Below the pieces are notes generated by a model, which worked only from the letters and a program-made list of their open reading frames with translations, had not been told where the DNA came from and did not search any database. Made by a program: the position numbers and the translations under genes. A stretch of DNA of 64,000 nucleotides, taken from the IMG/VR virus record IMGVR_UViG_3300020084_000003, positions 186,001-250,000 of that record; one strand, written 5' to 3'. Positions 62,201 to 64,000 of this stretch are shown here, piece by piece (position 1 is the stretch's first letter; the number at the start of each line of letters is the position of its first letter).

Positions 62201-63296
62201 TACCTTGTGGGCCTTGTGGACCGGTATTGCCAACTGGACCCTGCGGACCAACTGGACCTTGTTCGCCTTGCGAACCTCTGTTTGCAAGAATTGACCATGT
62301 AGATGTAGTTGTTGGATTTATATTGACAGCATTGTTTGATATTAAAATATATGATGTATTTGAATAATAAACAACATCATTTCTAACATATGTAGCTGAC
62401 GTGTTATAGCTTCCCCTCCAAGTTATACCTTGTGGGCCTACTATACCTTGAATACCTTGTGGCCCTTGTGGACCGGTATTACCAACTGGACCTTGCGGAC
62501 CTGTGGCACCCTGCGGTCCAACTGGACCTTGCGGACCTATTGGACCAACTGGACCTTGAATGCCTTGTGGACCGGTGTTTCCAGTTAAACCTATTGGGCC
62601 TTGTGGTCCTATTGGACCTACCGGGCCACGCTCACCTGTTGGTCCTAATGGGCCTTGTGGTCCTATTGGACCCTCTGGGCCTATTGGACCTTGCGGACCA
62701 ACATCACCAGTATCACCTTTAATTTTACCAATATTTTCCCAATTGCCTGAACCTTGGCTAAACCACAAATCTCCATTAATAATATAACAGTCGCCTCTAG
62801 GAGCGTTTACTGGCAATAATGTTGGATTGTCTACAGTTCCTCTAATGTTAACACCGGTTCCTCTTGGACCTTGCGGACCTGCTGGACCACGATCACCTTT
62901 CAGAGAACCACCATCAACAAATTCCAAACCATTATAATACCATAGATGCTCATCTATGATATACGCATCGCCTATCTCGGCAACTTCTGGCAAATTTATT
63001 ACGCTTCCAAGATTACCTTTTATTAAGGTTCCTCTTGAAGTAATGTCGTTATTAAATTCTTTTATGAATATACGTGCGGTTTTATTTGCTGTTGCTACGG
63101 CTCTAAAGCGGACTGTAGTATTAGCTGGTATTGTTCCAATAAAACCCGGTCTAAGCAAAGCACCATTATTGTATGTTTCTGGTGCTTCAACCCCAAAACT
63201 CATTAAAACCGGTGCGCCTGTCTTTATGCTGACAAGCGACAAACCGGTTGTTACTATTGGTTCTGACCATGTGTTTCTAACTACCAAATCTGTCAT
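59265..63296 (-). CDS. Collagen-like fibre protein with interspersed small beta modules
   Basis: Several hundred residues of GPQ/GPV/GIQ/GNT triplets; five WxG.Y/W modules; three LP..GD.YII.G.LW modules. Confidence 0.9.
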   Translation of the reverse strand: MTDLVVRNTWSEPIVTTGLSLVSIKTGAPVLMSFGVEAPETYNNGALLRPGFIGTIPANTTVRFRAVATANKTARIFIKEFNNDITSRGTLIKGNLGSVINLPEVAEIGDAYIIDEHLWYYNGLEFVDGGSLKGDRGPAGPQGPRGTGVNIRGTVDNPTLLPVNAPRGDCYIINGDLWFSQGSGNWENIGKIKGDTGDVGPQGPIGPEGPIGPQGPLGPTGERGPVGPIGPQGPIGLTGNTGPQGIQGPVGPIGPQGPVGPQGATGPQGPVGNTGPQGPQGIQGIVGPQGITWRGSYNTSATYVRNDVVYYSNTSYILISNNAVNINPTTTSTWSILANRGSQGEQGPVGPQGPVGNTGPQGPQGIQGLTGNTGPQGIQGPIGPVGPKGDVGDEGPQGIQGPQGPVGPTGPQGQRGERGETGPQGPQGLTGNTGPQGIQGPVGPQGPVGPKGDIGNTGPQGIQGPQGIQGLTGNTGPQGIQGETGPQGPVGDTGPQGPVGNTGPVGITWRGNYNAAATYSRNDVVYSSNTSYILIVNTAINVVPTTTSTWSILANRGATGPTGNTGPQGIQGIQGPQGPVGNTGPQGPQGNTGPQGETGPQGPVGNTGPQGIQGPEGPQGPTGERGPIGPQGPQGNTGPQGIQGPVGPTGNTGPQGIQGPVGPQGPVGPKGDIGEKGDDGTGVNIIGALESEDDLPLTSENGDSYIIDGNLWVYSINDDSWNNVGNIQGPQGPVGPRGLVGPIGPVGPKGINWRGLWSSNSVYEKDDAVYQILSSSNNALNGSVASFVWTANTSGNSIPSENISVNWDILVFSPVGEQGPAGPVGPQGPVGPQGPQGIQGENGIQGIQGPQGPQGPTGPQGPVGNTGPQGIAGPQGPVGNTGPQGIQGPQGPVGNTGPQGIQGIQGPVGNTGPQGIQGPIGLTGNTGPQGIQGPVGPTGNTGPQGVQGPEGPVGPQGPVGNTGPQGIQGPQGETGPQGPIGLTGPQGETGPQGLVGETGPQGPRGEKGDIGDTGPVGPAGPQGPQGIQGVQGQRGEKGDVGDVGPTGPTGPQGVQGPQGNTGPQGVAGPQGPIGPQGPVGPQGEVGIEWKGEWLSSEIYNKNDVVYQTINISSGSPLNGSVISYIWLPEEPGNSNPFENMGIDWDILVFSPVGEQGPQGDIGPVGPTGPEGPQGPIGPQGSQGPVGPKGDVGTGLNWRGLWNPNSVYTEGDGVYQILDGDGDPLNGSVASFVWISQTDGNSSPFENISTNWDILAFSPVGERGPIGPQGRVGNTGPQGIQGPQGPQGNTGPQGIQGPVGNTGPQGPVGNTGPAGQSIIITTVNTQAAFDASNPGPFELVVRIA
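59350..62890. repeat. 9-bp-periodic collagen-coding repeats
   Basis: Recurring ggaccttg / ccttgtgg / ccagtatttccagttaaacc units; locally GC-rich. Confidence 0.85.
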
Positions 63297-63326
63297 AACA
63301 GCCCTCTTATAAAATAAACATAGTGT

Positions 63327-63334
63327 TATTTATA
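63327..63334 (-). promoter_or_regulatory. T4-type late promoter heading the appendage cluster
   Basis: TATAAATA about 30 nt upstream of ATG 63296. Confidence 0.75.
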
Positions 63335-63361
63335 AGAGAAAACCGTTATGACAGATATGTT

Positions 63362-63610
63362 TTATTCAGTTAGTAGAGATAATTGTCCTTCATGCTCTTC
63401 AATTATCTTAAATATAATATCGTCTTCCGAATACACATGAATTTCTTCATCGTTTTCATTAAACTTTGCATACACAGTTCCTTTTACAACGTGAACCGTA
63501 TCGCCAACTTTAACATTAGAATTTGTGTATTTAGATGCGATGCTTTTTACAACTAGTTTGTCGGAGTCTACTTTTAAAAAAGCATATCCTGTAGTTGGCT
63601 TATGTATCAT
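63362..63610 (-). CDS. GroES-like small protein
   Basis: KP..GY...K, VKVGDTV, SEDDII pattern of GroES; mobile loop apparently missing. Confidence 0.45.
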   Translation of the reverse strand: MIHKPTTGYAFLKVDSDKLVVKSIASKYTNSNVKVGDTVHVVKGTVYAKFNENDEEIHVYSEDDIIFKIIEEHEGQLSLLTE

Positions 63611-63809
63611 TTTTCCTAGCCTTTTTCTTTTTCATTTTCATAATGTTTTCATGCTTTTTAAGAAGTTCTATTTCTTCTTTGACTTCTTTTCTTGCTTTCA
63701 GGGACTTTATATATCGCATCTCTTTTCGATGTTTTCTTGCCGCGTCAGAGCGCATCATTCTATCATCTTTATGTGAAACAACTGTTACTTCGATATTTTC
63801 ATCAAACAT
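63600..63809 (-). CDS. Basic hypothetical protein
   Basis: RBS AAGGAG; Lys/Arg-rich. Confidence 0.5.
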   Translation of the reverse strand: MFDENIEVTVVSHKDDRMMRSDAARKHRKEMRYIKSLKARKEVKEEIELLKKHENIMKMKKKKARKNDT

Positions 63810-63831
63810 ATTAGTCTCCTTATATTATAAA

Positions 63832-63999
63832 TCACTCGTTCAATAGGTCTTGTTTAATCCTTTCAACACCTATGTTTTTAGTAAAATCACCATATCTGTC
63901 CGAATTTATTACTATGCCGACATAATGATCTACCGCACGATCCAAGCTAACATCGTGCTTCTTTGCATACGCCCTTGCGGACGCTGCATACCCACGTAT
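63832..63999 (-). CDS. C-terminal fragment of a hypothetical protein entering from the right edge
   Basis: Open frame IRGYAASARAYAKKH...KQDLLNE*. Confidence 0.45.
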   Translation of the reverse strand: MRGYAASARAYAKKHDVSLDRAVDHYVGIVINSDRYGDFTKNIGVERIKQDLLNE

Positions 64000-64000
64000 A

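Noticed and set aside
59322-62787. Many plus-strand ORFs (LDLVDL- and WTL-rich) and repeat periodicity that might suggest a CRISPR array
   Set aside because: Antisense shadows of collagen codons; 9-bp periodicity with no unique spacers and no cas genes
40926-63296. Diversity-generating retroelement or invertase shufflon acting on fibre genes
   Set aside because: No reverse transcriptase, recombinase, TR/VR pair or inverted cassettes seen in the window

Overview
A 64-kb segment of a large, AT-rich, T4-like myovirus genome. Almost every gene is on the minus strand. An alphaproteobacterial host is suspected but not proven. From left to right: (i) an accessory block driven by sigma70-type promoters, containing the rIIA N-terminus, a membrane protein, a ClpB-like ATPase with a degenerate first ring, a long coiled-coil protein, Thg1, an Rnl2-type RNA ligase, NadV and NatV NAD salvage enzymes, two SleB-like wall hydrolases, and NDT-like, phosphatase and MazG-like genes; (ii) nucleotide metabolism: class Ib nrdHIEF with an HNH-AP2 endonuclease between nrdE and nrdF, thyA and DHFR; (iii) primase, a lysis cassette (GH19 endolysin, i- and o-spanin, probable holin), head-associated genes and a T5 A1-like nuclease; (iv) T4 core replication genes gp41, uvsX, gp32, gp59 and gp33, plus vWA, GIY-YIG, YkuK, HD, DUF4326, tk and Nudix genes; (v) a ~22-kb late cluster of collagen-stalked and glycan-active appendage proteins (G8/beta-helix, SGNH esterases, GH16, a clan GH-A-like hydrolase, LamG-like domains). 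The most notable signals are: a textbook -1 frameshift cassette (A AAA AAG, stop, 5-nt spacer, 8-bp stem) predicted to fuse a prohead-core-like protein to a ParB/Srx domain; the modular glycan-degrading appendage array with shared docking modules; the coiled-coil/half-dead ClpB/membrane protein module; matching RBS-occluding hairpins on both NAD salvage genes; and related structured leaders on gp32 and the vWA gene. All family assignments come from motif recognition by eye; no searches were run.
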